From: Kiritimatiellia bacterium
Lineage (GTDB): Bacteria; Verrucomicrobiota; Kiritimatiellia; JAFGHX01
Direction: 5' to 3'
Length of the DNA: 64,000 nt
Assembly: GCA_016929905.1 (NCBI GenBank)
Contig: JAFGHX010000010.1
Span: forward strand, 5,835 to 69,834
Part shown: positions 17,901 through 25,522 of the stretch, one piece after another
How the letters are laid out: each line of letters opens with the position of its first letter
How positions within the stretch are numbered: the first letter of the stretch is position 1
Notes under the pieces: model-generated
Told to the model about the DNA's origin: nothing
What the model saw: only the letters and a program-made list of their open reading frames with translations
The model's database searches: none
Position numbers and translations under genes: made by a program

Positions 17901-18686
17901 AAAGATCGGTGGCGTCTTCGGCACCGCCGGCCGCCCGTCGCCTCGCCAGCGGTTGATGAACTCCAACTCGGGCATCTCGCCCAGTTTCGCAAACGGAAGC
18001 GTGCCCGTCACGCTCTCGTAGAAGCAGACTGTCAGCGCGAACAGATCGGAAACCGCGTCGCCGCGGAACCGGTCGATCGTGGCAAAATCGGGCGCCATGT
18101 AGTCGAACGAACCCAGCAGAGAGGCGCCGCCGGTCGCCGTCTCCGTCCCCTCGCGGCGCGCGATCCCGAAGTCTACCAGTTTGGCCTCGCCCGTGCCCGT
18201 CAGGAAGATGTTCGACGGCTTGATGTCGCGGTGCGTGACGCCGTGCTGCTTGTGCGCGAACATCAGCCCCTCAAGACACTGCCGCAGAATCGCAGAGGCT
18301 TCGATCCAGTCCAAACCGTCGGGATAGCGGCGGAGCCGCTCCTTGAGCGTCTCGCCCTGCAACAACTCCATCGCCAGGCACTTCTGGGGCTCGCCGAAGG
18401 CGCCTTCCGCGATGAAGGAATCGCGATACTGCACGATGTTCGGGTGCTTCAACTGCCGCAACAGGTCCGATTCCCGCTCGAAACGCATGTCGGCCGTCTC
18501 GTCGGTGCCCGTCTGCCGCAGTACCTTCAGCGCAACAAGCCGGCCGTCCCGCGTGTCGCGGGCCTTGAACACGGACGCCTGGCCGCCACTGCTGATCCGG
18601 TCCAGGATCTCATAGGCGCCCATCGTCTTTTTGCTGCCTTCACTCATAGCGCATGCCGGGAAGACTGGACGTGCGGGAGCAGCCAT
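14955..18686 (-). CDS. Membrane-spanning tandem Ser/Thr protein kinase (two Hanks-type domains) with C-terminal FGE-sulfatase (SUMF1/TagR-like) domain
   Basis: Kinase 1: GGQASVFKA..ALKVL, HRDIKPSNIFL, DFGIAR. Kinase 2: GRGGFGEIYKG..AIKRL, HRDIKPSNLYA, DLGTAR. TM helix AAIAAGILVVLLGVAGVSVW, Pro-rich linker, about 230-aa unknown region. FGE-like motifs FYMCKREVT, GYRLASAREWQHAARFG, YDMCGNAGELC, CGGSYKS, GFRV. Alternative ATGs at 18647 and 18623. Confidence 0.9.
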   Translation of the reverse strand: MAAPARPVFPACAMSEGSKKTMGAYEILDRISSGGQASVFKARDTRDGRLVALKVLRQTGTDETADMRFERESDLLRQLKHPNIVQYRDSFIAEGAFGEPQKCLAMELLQGETLKERLRRYPDGLDWIEASAILRQCLEGLMFAHKQHGVTHRDIKPSNIFLTGTGEAKLVDFGIARREGTETATGGASLLGSFDYMAPDFATIDRFRGDAVSDLFALTVCFYESVTGTLPFAKLGEMPELEFINRWRGDGRPAVPKTPPIFRVVNGLAAFMDRGMNPDRGDRFQDFGEMLTALGGLTCLTVQHEGADDYELIGTLGRGGFGEIYKGRRLRDGRVVAIKRLFIEEQSSRFVREAEILRKYRHPHIVEYIDFFEASLEPGAKHLFIVMDFLEGMPGWSLLNRVKASKRGLPVLEVIDLFLAYLDALQYLHEGGHQIIHRDIKPSNLYAPEDSPTRAKILDLGTARDAAGTKTTGFVPGTLDYMAPEFGTKKSFRGSPQSDLYSLGLCLYEALTRRLVWPRLTGSDQEIAVEFYARASGEKVYDVDFGFPAFRQCPALVDVVKRAIVREPAERFESAGEMRRALLAARKDVSEVLAGDGDLAEAELPTRVMAGAGVVTPALPPEELEKAARPTELPGFLGGRRRHAAIAAGILVVLLGVAGVSVWNVRSERRNAGREPGPAPAGAGSAGQGQVVDVPSPAGGDAAAGSGGAGGTQAGSVETPAPPSDPAGEGGDSATRAPGEPAGGGEPESQVTPAVVTPPPTEPATEPDPRPERVETPPPRTPARNDRPVRLAKVEPVTPPPVRPEPTRDDKLEGLLKELQLPQVMTLPKSTAREAAYNAAQRAKIIAEILDRSRDLADDPAVLKMRKSFWQFVARDLIEGYLYTKDARLLSVARGAILGVWPLYDEEQAADRVAAILTDWSATDRNIDFYEYLPLRRYERFVLQTDEAGRPRNAPFLTDLFARSRRVARIFPHLCSLSIQAGAEASHLQHKTRLDFVLVPDGKTEIGEIRRPFYMCKREVTLGAMRCYREGAGRETEAQSALTNYFTGSLKYRLPITDNELPVTRVLPEEAMEFCNWLSYHHGLQFVYERAGDGRWTVDMSKEGYRLASAREWQHAARFGFDWEPAPGAKPWTALREQIDPAQSGALVWFYYKKGPRASPIAEPSPYPLGVYDMCGNAGELCMQDTAESLGDKVPVTMIVCGGSYKSRSLSEVMPWSQKPYNESDTDVGFRVILPVTVERLGE

Positions 18687-18815
18687 CGCACGGCACTAAG
18701 AAAATAGCGCATCGGTTCGACCCTCCGCAAGAAAAGAACACGAGGCTTGTTTTGCCTAACGCCGGCCCCTATTATCGGGGAATGTCGCGGCGGCACGGGG
18801 CCCGCGCCGCCGCCG

Positions 18816-21023
18816 ATGCGCATGGAGAGCACGATGGGGTTCCCGTATCTGAGTTCGACGGAACTGTCCGACGTCGGCCGCAAACGCAAGAATAACGAGG
18901 ACGCGACCCTCCGCCTGCCGGAACACGGCGTGTTTTGCGTCGCGGACGGCATGGGCGGCGCACTCGCGGGCGAGGTCGCTAGCCAGGCTGCGGTGACGGC
19001 GGTCCGGGAAGAGTTCGAGGCGCTCGCTTCGCCGGGCACCATCCACACCGCGGCGGTAAAAGGCGAACTCGTGGCACGGGCCCTCAACCGAGCATCCCGC
19101 TTCATCAAGCAGCGCTCCGACGAACGCGGCGTGGCCGGTACGGGCACGACCGCGGTCGTGCTCGTCTTCGACGCCGTCTCGCCGCGCCGCGCCATGGCAC
19201 TGCACGCGGGCGACAGCCGCGCCTATCGGTTCCACCGCGGCAAACTGCGCCAGCTCACGCGCGACCATTCCATCGCCGAAAGCACCGGCGCCAGAAGCGA
19301 GGACGCGCTGCCCCAGATGTTCCGCGGCATGGTCACCCGCTCCATCGGCACGCGTGAGACCGTGGAATTGGAGGAAACCCCCGTTGACGTCGAGGCCGGC
19401 GCTCTGTTCCTGCTCTGCTCCGACGGGCTGTCCCGCATGCTCCCCGACCGCGCGATCAGCCGGCTGCTGCGCCGGCACTCGGACATGCAGCTCGGCGATC
19501 TGGCCCAACTCCTGGTGGAACAGGCGAACCGGGCGGGCGGCGACGACAACATTTCCGTCGTCCTCGTGCGGGTCGGCGATATGAACGCCGCGGAGCAGCC
19601 GACCGTCGCGGGCATAGAGCCCGCGACCTCGGGCGGCAAGACCGAAACGTCCGTCGCCCCGCTCGGGCAGGCAGCGCCGCCACCCGCGTCCGCCGGCTTG
19701 CACGCGCCGGCAACCGATACCGACGCCGGCAGACGCCTGGCCAGGCCGAGGCCGGCCTTGATCCCCGTGGCCGTCAGTGCCGTGGTGCTCGTCGTGATCG
19801 TGCTCGCGCTGTTCGCCGCGTTCCGCGACCGGCCGGCCGGCCCGCGCACCGCCCAGCAGCGGCCGCCGACGCCGCTGCCCCGCCCGGCGGAGCCCGCCGC
19901 CGCCCAGCCCGGCCAGCCGCCAATCGCGGCAACGCCAAGCACCCCCGAACCGCCCGACACACCGGCCGTCTCCGAACCGCCTGCACGCCCGGAACCCTCG
20001 CCGGCACCGGTGCCGGACACGCCTTCAGTCGGCGTCACACCGCCCGAACCGGCGCCTGAACCCGAAAACGCGCAGCCCGCCCCGCCGCCGGTACCCCCTC
20101 AGCCGGCCGCGGCCCGAACGCCCCCGCCCTATCCGACCGACCCCGAAAAGGCGAAGTCCGCGTTCCTGGTCGGGATCAGCCGCGCGCTCGTCGACGGGAT
20201 TTGGGGCCGGCTCGATACAGAAGTCAAGGCTTGGCCGCCGTCGGTCTGGGACGTCGTCAGGGAAAGCAGCGAGGCAGACATCTATCGCGCCTGGCTCGCC
20301 GAATGGCAGCGGGCTGCGGCCACCCCAGACATCGACAAGAAGTACCGGCGCGACCGGTCGGTTCTGACCGATGTCTGCACGGAGGCCGGATTCTCGGTGC
20401 CGCCTGCACCGGACGTGGAATGGCCCGAGCCCTCCGACGAACGCGCTGACACCTACTGCCGGCTGATGTATCAGGATCAGCGCGATCTGCTGCAGGCCCT
20501 GCGCCTCTATATCGGCGACCAAAATACCCAACTCGCCGTCTTCGGGCCGAACCCCGGCCTGCGCCTTCGCGCGTTGTGGGGGTTCGCCGGCAGCACGCAC
20601 AGCGCCGATGACGCCGTCCAGCTCAGCCAGAAAAGCCAATCCGCCCGGGACGATCTCAAAACACTCACCGAATGGGTGTACGGCACCAGCGCCGATCGCT
20701 TGTTCCTCAACGACGTGCGGAAGTGCCCCTTCGCGCTCGTCGCCCGCATATCCACCCACAACGATACCGTGTGGGACGCCGTCTATAAGAAGATCCTGCC
20801 CGTGGACGCGCAGGTCTACCTCTGGCGCCAGTGGCAGGACGATGCAACCCGCCGCTCGCTCGACACCATACTCCGCGCCCAGCGCAAAATCGTCGCCAGC
20901 CGCATCCCATACGGCAAGGACGTCCGGAAATGGCGGCATGCCGCCGACGCCGACCTCATCACCGAACTCCTCGAACAGATCGAGTCCGCCTACCCTCAGC
21001 TGAAGGCCAGGAAAAGCCGGTAG
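18816..21023 (+). CDS. Membrane-anchored PP2C-family Ser/Thr phosphatase with large extracytoplasmic C-terminal domain of unknown function
   Basis: PP2C motifs SDVGRKRKNNEDA, VADGMGG, LCSDGL, GGDDNISVVLV. TM helix LIPVAVSAVVLVVIVLALFAAF, Pro-rich linker, about 330-aa unassigned domain. Divergent from the kinase gene. Candidate starts 18816, 18822 and 18834. Confidence 0.85.
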   Translation: MRMESTMGFPYLSSTELSDVGRKRKNNEDATLRLPEHGVFCVADGMGGALAGEVASQAAVTAVREEFEALASPGTIHTAAVKGELVARALNRASRFIKQRSDERGVAGTGTTAVVLVFDAVSPRRAMALHAGDSRAYRFHRGKLRQLTRDHSIAESTGARSEDALPQMFRGMVTRSIGTRETVELEETPVDVEAGALFLLCSDGLSRMLPDRAISRLLRRHSDMQLGDLAQLLVEQANRAGGDDNISVVLVRVGDMNAAEQPTVAGIEPATSGGKTETSVAPLGQAAPPPASAGLHAPATDTDAGRRLARPRPALIPVAVSAVVLVVIVLALFAAFRDRPAGPRTAQQRPPTPLPRPAEPAAAQPGQPPIAATPSTPEPPDTPAVSEPPARPEPSPAPVPDTPSVGVTPPEPAPEPENAQPAPPPVPPQPAAARTPPPYPTDPEKAKSAFLVGISRALVDGIWGRLDTEVKAWPPSVWDVVRESSEADIYRAWLAEWQRAAATPDIDKKYRRDRSVLTDVCTEAGFSVPPAPDVEWPEPSDERADTYCRLMYQDQRDLLQALRLYIGDQNTQLAVFGPNPGLRLRALWGFAGSTHSADDAVQLSQKSQSARDDLKTLTEWVYGTSADRLFLNDVRKCPFALVARISTHNDTVWDAVYKKILPVDAQVYLWRQWQDDATRRSLDTILRAQRKIVASRIPYGKDVRKWRHAADADLITELLEQIESAYPQLKARKSR

Positions 21024-21061
21024 CACGCGTACGCACGGGCGAATATCAGCACTCGTAATCA

Positions 21062-21092
21062 TTCGTCCGCCGCGCCTCTGGCGCGCGACGAA
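21062..21092. terminator. GC-rich imperfect hairpin between convergent genes
   Basis: ttcgtccgccgcgcc-tct-ggcgcgcgacgaa (one 3-nt bulge). No U-tract. Confidence 0.35.
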
Positions 21093-21103
21093 CGGCCCGC
21101 GTC

Positions 21104-22552
21104 TCAGCCACCCAACGGGAGCGACTTGCCGGACAGGGCCTGGAACCTGGCGACCTGTACGGCGTCGCGCCCTTTCACCGACAGGAGCGGAATGATGCCT
21201 TCCGCGACGAGCGTCTCGGCGTCCGAATCGCTCAGCCAGAACTCGGCGCAGGGCGTCATGCGGGATTCACCCTCGTGCTTGTACACATGTAGAGGCAGCC
21301 CCTCGATCTGATCGATACGGCCCACGGCCGGCGGCCAACCGTCCTCGACAAACGCCTCAGCCATGAGACAGGCACAGATCAAAGCAGCGCTTCCCCACAG
21401 ATAGCCTGCGTGCGCGGGTACGCCCGGCAGTTCGTCGAACGCAAACCGGTCGATGGGATCGGTCCCAGGCCCGTAAGGCAGCCGCAGCACGACCCGGGGC
21501 GCCGCCAGCGCCAGGAAATCGGCGCCGGGCGAGCGTCTTAGCTCCTCCCAGGCCGGCACGGGTGCGTGCGGCCCGCCATGGGCATAGGCGAGCGCGCCGA
21601 GGAACGGTGCACCCGCGCGGGCGGCCATACGGCCGATGCGCGCCAGCAGCGCCGTATCGCGTTCGGCAGCCGAGTCGAAAGCGTAGAGCCCCACAATCAC
21701 GGTCCACGGCTGGCCGCCGGGAGTGCCGCGCGTCTCCTTCACGAGCAGACGGTACAGGCCGCCGGCCGCTTCGTCCGCCGATTCCAGGTCACGCGCCAGC
21801 TCTTCCCGCGACGCGTCGAGCAGGTAGACGCCCAGCGTCTCGTCCGTCTCCACGTTCCGCACCAGGAAGTCCAACCCGCGCCAGGCGGCTTCCACGCTCT
21901 GGAATGCCGGCGCGTGCAGGATCTCCCGCATCTGCAGGCTGATCGCGGCGTCGGCGGCGCGCACAAGCGCGTCGCGGTTCGGGTCCGGCGCATTCACGAT
22001 ATGGGGCGCCACCAGCTTCCGGATCAGCGCGTTCACTTGCGCGTTGCCCGACGCGACGTTCCTCGGCCCGCCGTGCCCCGCAACAGGCCTCGCCAATAGC
22101 TGCGCCAGTGGGTCCCCTTCCCCCGCCGCCGCGCCTGCAGCCGCCTCCGGCGCAACCGCTTCGGGCGCCGACGGCGCGCTGCCCGCCATCGCCCGCAGCT
22201 CCGCCGCCGCCGCCGCGAACGTCGCATCCTTCTGAAGCCGTGCGCGGAGATCCCGCAGCCGCTCAAAAACCGGCACGCGGTCGTAGAGGCTGTCCGGATG
22301 CCAGTCGTCCGTCTCTTCAAAAGTCAGGTCCTGGGCTGCTCCTTCCGCAGCCAGGCGCAGCGCCACACCCAACTCCGCCATGCGCCGGTCCAGGTTGTCG
22401 CAATCGACCGGCAGGCAACGCCGGGCTGCCAACGAATCGCACTGCCCTCGGCTCGCCCGCCCGGAGAAATCACCGATCACCAGCATCCGAAACGGGCTCT
22501 GCCCCGCAGGCCGCCCGGACCCGCCCGAACCGAATCGAACATCCACGTCCAT
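21104..22552 (-). CDS. TssB-TssC fusion-like, C-terminally truncated T6SS sheath paralogue
   Basis: The N-terminus [36 protein letters not shown] parallels TssB of this window (LPFVMGVMADLSGKP..LEIDVDNFDDRMKSMKPRVAFQV). Residues about 180-480 parallel TssC ([31 protein letters not shown] vs [50 protein letters not shown] vs ARLPYGAKTEPVEEFDFEE). It ends about 110 aa before the TssC C-terminus. Confidence 0.8.
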   Translation of the reverse strand: [482 protein letters not shown]

Positions 22553-22573
22553 AGCTCGCTCCGTTCGCCTCGT

Positions 22574-22744
22574 TGGCTCACTGCGTTCGCGTCAGTGGCT
22601 CACTGCGTTCGCGTCAGTGGCTCACTGCGTTCGCGTCAGTGGCGCCTGCGACGCGTCATTGGCGCCTGCGGCGCGTCAGCGGGCCCTGCGGCGCGTCAGT
22701 GGTGCCTGCGGGCCCCGGTCATTGGCTGGCTGCGTTCGTACCAG
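22574..22744. repeat. Tandem array of about 22-nt units: 3 perfect copies of TGGCTCACTGCGTTCGCGTCAG plus 5 degenerate 19-23-nt units
   Basis: Perfect units at 22574-22595, 22596-22617 and 22618-22639; degenerate units TGGCGCCTGCGACGCGTCAT etc. up to 22744. Lies between the start of the sheath paralogue gene and the stop of the methyltransferase gene. Confidence 0.9.
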
Positions 22745-22764
22745 ACGTCGATGAATGGACCCGG

Positions 22765-24258
22765 CTAGAGGCCGTCCGCCCGCACCAGCAACCCGGCGCG
22801 GAGCAACTTGCTCACCGCGCCCAGGACAGCCGGGGCCACGGCTTTCACGTCCTGCCCGAGCCGCCCTGCCACGAAATCCACGCACTCACGCAGCGTCCGC
22901 TTTCCGTCGCACTTCTCCAGCATCGCGATCATGTGGCCGTCCAACGTGCCCGAAAAGGCAAGCCCCTGCGTCATGCGCAAATTCTGCGCCTGGCACACCC
23001 AGGCGGCGTCTTCCACCTTGAGACGTGTCTCCAGAAGATGCTCGTCGCACAGCCGAAACGCGAAATCGAGCAACCCGCTGTCGTCCGCCAGGCCATTCAA
23101 CAGGGTTTCGGCCTCGAAGATGCGCAGGATCTGGGATCCGCAACTGCCGGTACGGCGCCCGCCTTCAACCCGGTCCGCCCGCTTCCAGCCCGGCCGCGAA
23201 GAGACGCGCCGCAGCACAAGAACTCCGGCACTGATCCGCCCGATGCCGAGCCTGTCGTAATAGGCCGTCCACTCGTCGAACAGGCTCTCGAACCGGTCCG
23301 AATGCCGTTCGCTCTGCCTCAACCATTTCGCGGCATAGGTCACGGGCTCTTCGGTGTCGAAACACAGCACCCACACGTCGCACGGCAGCTCGTGTACCCA
23401 CTGCAGCGGCCGCTCCGCCCAATCGTCGTCGGTCTGATGATGCCAGTTGATCAGCGCCACCGCGTAGCCGCCCTCTGCCAAATGGGCCGGCGCACCTTTG
23501 GCCACCAGTTCGCAGACGGCGTCCCCCTTCAACCCGCTGTCGCGGAACTCGTATTCCGAGCCCGGCGAAATCACAAACGGCGGATTCGACACGATCAGGT
23601 CGAACGTTTGCCCCCCAACCGGCTCGTAGAAGCTGCCCGCCCCGAACGAAACGTTGGCCACATCGTTCATGCGCAGGTTGAACGCTCCGAAATTCAGGGC
23701 GCGCCGGCTGGTGTCCGTCCCCAGCACCCGCTCGGCATGCTGCGCCAGGAACAGACTCTGAATGCCCGCCCCCGCTCCCAAATCCAACGCGCGGGTAACG
23801 GGCGTTCGCGGGGTGAACGCAGCCAGGCTGATCGAGGCGTGCCCCACACCCAGCACGTGATCCGGCCGGCACGGTTCGCCGTTCACTTCCGGCCCGAAGT
23901 CCGCGATGAGATACCAGTCCTCGAACGGCATCAGCTTGGCCACGGATCGGATGCGCCCGTTCTCACGCACAAACAGACCCAGGGCCAGGAGTTCCTCCAC
24001 CCGCCCGGCCGAAAGCGCCCGCGCAAGCTCTTCACCCGGCAACGCCTCGCCCAGCACGAAGAACCGGACAAGCGAATCGAACGGGGAGTCGGTCCCCGCC
24101 CGCCGCCGCACCAGCGAGGCGTCCATCCGCTCCTTCGGGCCCAACGGCCGGACCACGTCGACCAGCGCCGCCTGCGTGTAGCCGGCCTTCCGCAGCGCAT
24201 CCCGAAACGGACGCAGGTCCGGACAGGCCTCCATCTTCAACGGCGCTTCGTTCGGCAT
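22765..24258 (-). CDS. Class I SAM-dependent methyltransferase with NPPF motif, long N- and C-terminal extensions
   Basis: Motif I LDLGAGAGIQSLFLA; motif IV IVSNPPFV (amide/amino-N methyltransferase type). The C-terminal about 70 aa LDGHMIAMLEKCDGKRTLRECVDFVAGRLGQD..LLRAGLLV resembles a PqqD-like winged helix by eye only. Confidence 0.8.
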   Translation of the reverse strand: MPNEAPLKMEACPDLRPFRDALRKAGYTQAALVDVVRPLGPKERMDASLVRRRAGTDSPFDSLVRFFVLGEALPGEELARALSAGRVEELLALGLFVRENGRIRSVAKLMPFEDWYLIADFGPEVNGEPCRPDHVLGVGHASISLAAFTPRTPVTRALDLGAGAGIQSLFLAQHAERVLGTDTSRRALNFGAFNLRMNDVANVSFGAGSFYEPVGGQTFDLIVSNPPFVISPGSEYEFRDSGLKGDAVCELVAKGAPAHLAEGGYAVALINWHHQTDDDWAERPLQWVHELPCDVWVLCFDTEEPVTYAAKWLRQSERHSDRFESLFDEWTAYYDRLGIGRISAGVLVLRRVSSRPGWKRADRVEGGRRTGSCGSQILRIFEAETLLNGLADDSGLLDFAFRLCDEHLLETRLKVEDAAWVCQAQNLRMTQGLAFSGTLDGHMIAMLEKCDGKRTLRECVDFVAGRLGQDVKAVAPAVLGAVSKLLRAGLLVRADGL

Positions 24259-24295
24259 CGTCAGCTCTCCTTACGGTGGCGTTCTCAAGACGGTG

Positions 24296-24327
24296 TCAGG
24301 TGTCAGCCCCTGAAACCAGACACCTGA
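24296..24327. other. Hairpin in the HExxH/methyltransferase spacer
   Basis: TCAGGTGTC (24296-24304) pairs with GACACCTGA (24319-24327); 14-nt loop. Flanked by GGTGTCAG and CTGAAACC word duplications. Confidence 0.4.
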
Positions 24328-24343
24328 AACCTCTACAGGGCCG

Positions 24344-25207
24344 TTACCGCTCCGCCAACCGCGTGGGCCAGGGCTCGGGCAGCCCGGCGAACGCGCGGCA
24401 CCCGCGCAGCGCGGCACGCATGCGCCGCGAACTGAGCACGTCGGCTTCGTTGGAGCCCCAGGCCCGCACGCGGCGCACCTCGGATCCATAGCACAGGAAA
24501 TACATGTACGCGTTGCACAGCCCCTCCAACTCGCCCTCGTTCGTGCTGACCGACTGCTGGCGCGCCTCGTCGGCGACCGCGCCGCTGATCGCCAGGCCGC
24601 CGCCCGGATGCGTCATCACATGCCCGATCTCGTGCAGGACGGTCGGACACACGCCGAGATCGCTGCGCTGATAGGCGGCCGTGTGCGTGATGAGGATCGC
24701 GTTGCTCTCGACGTACGGGGTCGACTCCAGGTCGTAACCCGCATTCAGCCCGCCGCTGAAATTCGCACCCCCGCGTTGCCCCACGAAGTTCACCATGTGA
24801 ATGCCTTCCGGCTTTTCCCGGTTAAGGAACCGCAGGTGCGGCGGTGGTACGAGCGCCAGCGTCGGGTCAAGCAGCTCCAACTCCCTGTTCGTCGCGTCGT
24901 AGATCTCAACGTGGATGTCGCCGTGCACCCGGATCGTCGCGTGCGGGCAGATCCCGACGGACAACTCCTGATAACGCCACTGCCGCGCCCGCGCGTTGCC
25001 CCGGAACCGCTCGTCCGTACCCCACGAAACCCATTCCCCGCGCGCCACTTCCTGGATGGGACCCGGCACGCGCCGGCCCTGACGCGCGCTTACCCGTATC
25101 GTCCCCGGCACCGTGTACTGGGTCTCGACCGGCATGACAATCGGACGCGGCCCGTCCATCTCGACGATCGGCCGCCCGCGCGGCAGGGGATGGCGGATGA
25201 TGGTCAT
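24344..25207 (-). CDS. HExxH zinc-metallopeptidase-like protein (candidate T6SS effector)
   Basis: 287 aa, no signal peptide. Single motif VLHEIGHVMTHPGG (HExxHxxxH), with a Glu-rich segment downstream. Third gene after the PAAR-like gene, 9 nt after the TM-protein stop. Confidence 0.7.
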   Translation of the reverse strand: MTIIRHPLPRGRPIVEMDGPRPIVMPVETQYTVPGTIRVSARQGRRVPGPIQEVARGEWVSWGTDERFRGNARARQWRYQELSVGICPHATIRVHGDIHVEIYDATNRELELLDPTLALVPPPHLRFLNREKPEGIHMVNFVGQRGGANFSGGLNAGYDLESTPYVESNAILITHTAAYQRSDLGVCPTVLHEIGHVMTHPGGGLAISGAVADEARQQSVSTNEGELEGLCNAYMYFLCYGSEVRRVRAWGSNEADVLSSRRMRAALRGCRAFAGLPEPWPTRLAER

Positions 25208-25216
25208 GGCGAATCC

Positions 25217-25522
25217 CTACCCGACAAAAAACTTCTTCAGCGCGAACGTCAACAGCAGCACCACGAGCGTCCCGATCGCGCCGGCCATCGTGTAGCCGCC
25301 CGCAACCACCGGCGGCTTGCCCGTCACGTAGCAGACAACGCCGATGAACAAGATGATGACATAGAGCACCGCCACCGCAAAATGCACGCCCAGCACCCAC
25401 GCCGGCACATTCCCCTTCGGCACAACCACCGCCAGCAGCACCCCGTAAAGGGCGCCCACCACCCCCACGATCACACCCGGCATGTACCCCGCAAACTCAG
25501 GATCGAACAGCGGGTTCTTCAT
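25217..25522 (-). CDS. Small hydrophobic membrane protein, 3-4 predicted TM helices (candidate immunity or chaperone)
   Basis: 101 aa, mostly G/V/A/L helices. Its ATG overlaps the TGA of the PAAR-like gene (ATGA at 25521-25524), implying translational coupling. Confidence 0.65.
   Translation of the reverse strand: MKNPLFDPEFAGYMPGVIVGVVGALYGVLLAVVVPKGNVPAWVLGVHFAVAVLYVIILFIGVVCYVTGKPPVVAGGYTMAGAIGTLVVLLLTFALKKFFVG

Noticed and set aside
15342-18707. 1121-aa + strand ORF antisense to the kinase gene. Similar long shadow ORFs occur at 5108-6880, 12975-15119, 22573-24327, 29964-31997, 33591-35291, 37443-39362, 41401-42924, 52770-54191 and 57082-60228.
   Set aside because: All lie opposite ORFs with clear family signatures and have extreme Arg/Pro/His/Gly-rich, motif-free translations. 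This is typical of antisense frames in high-GC DNA.
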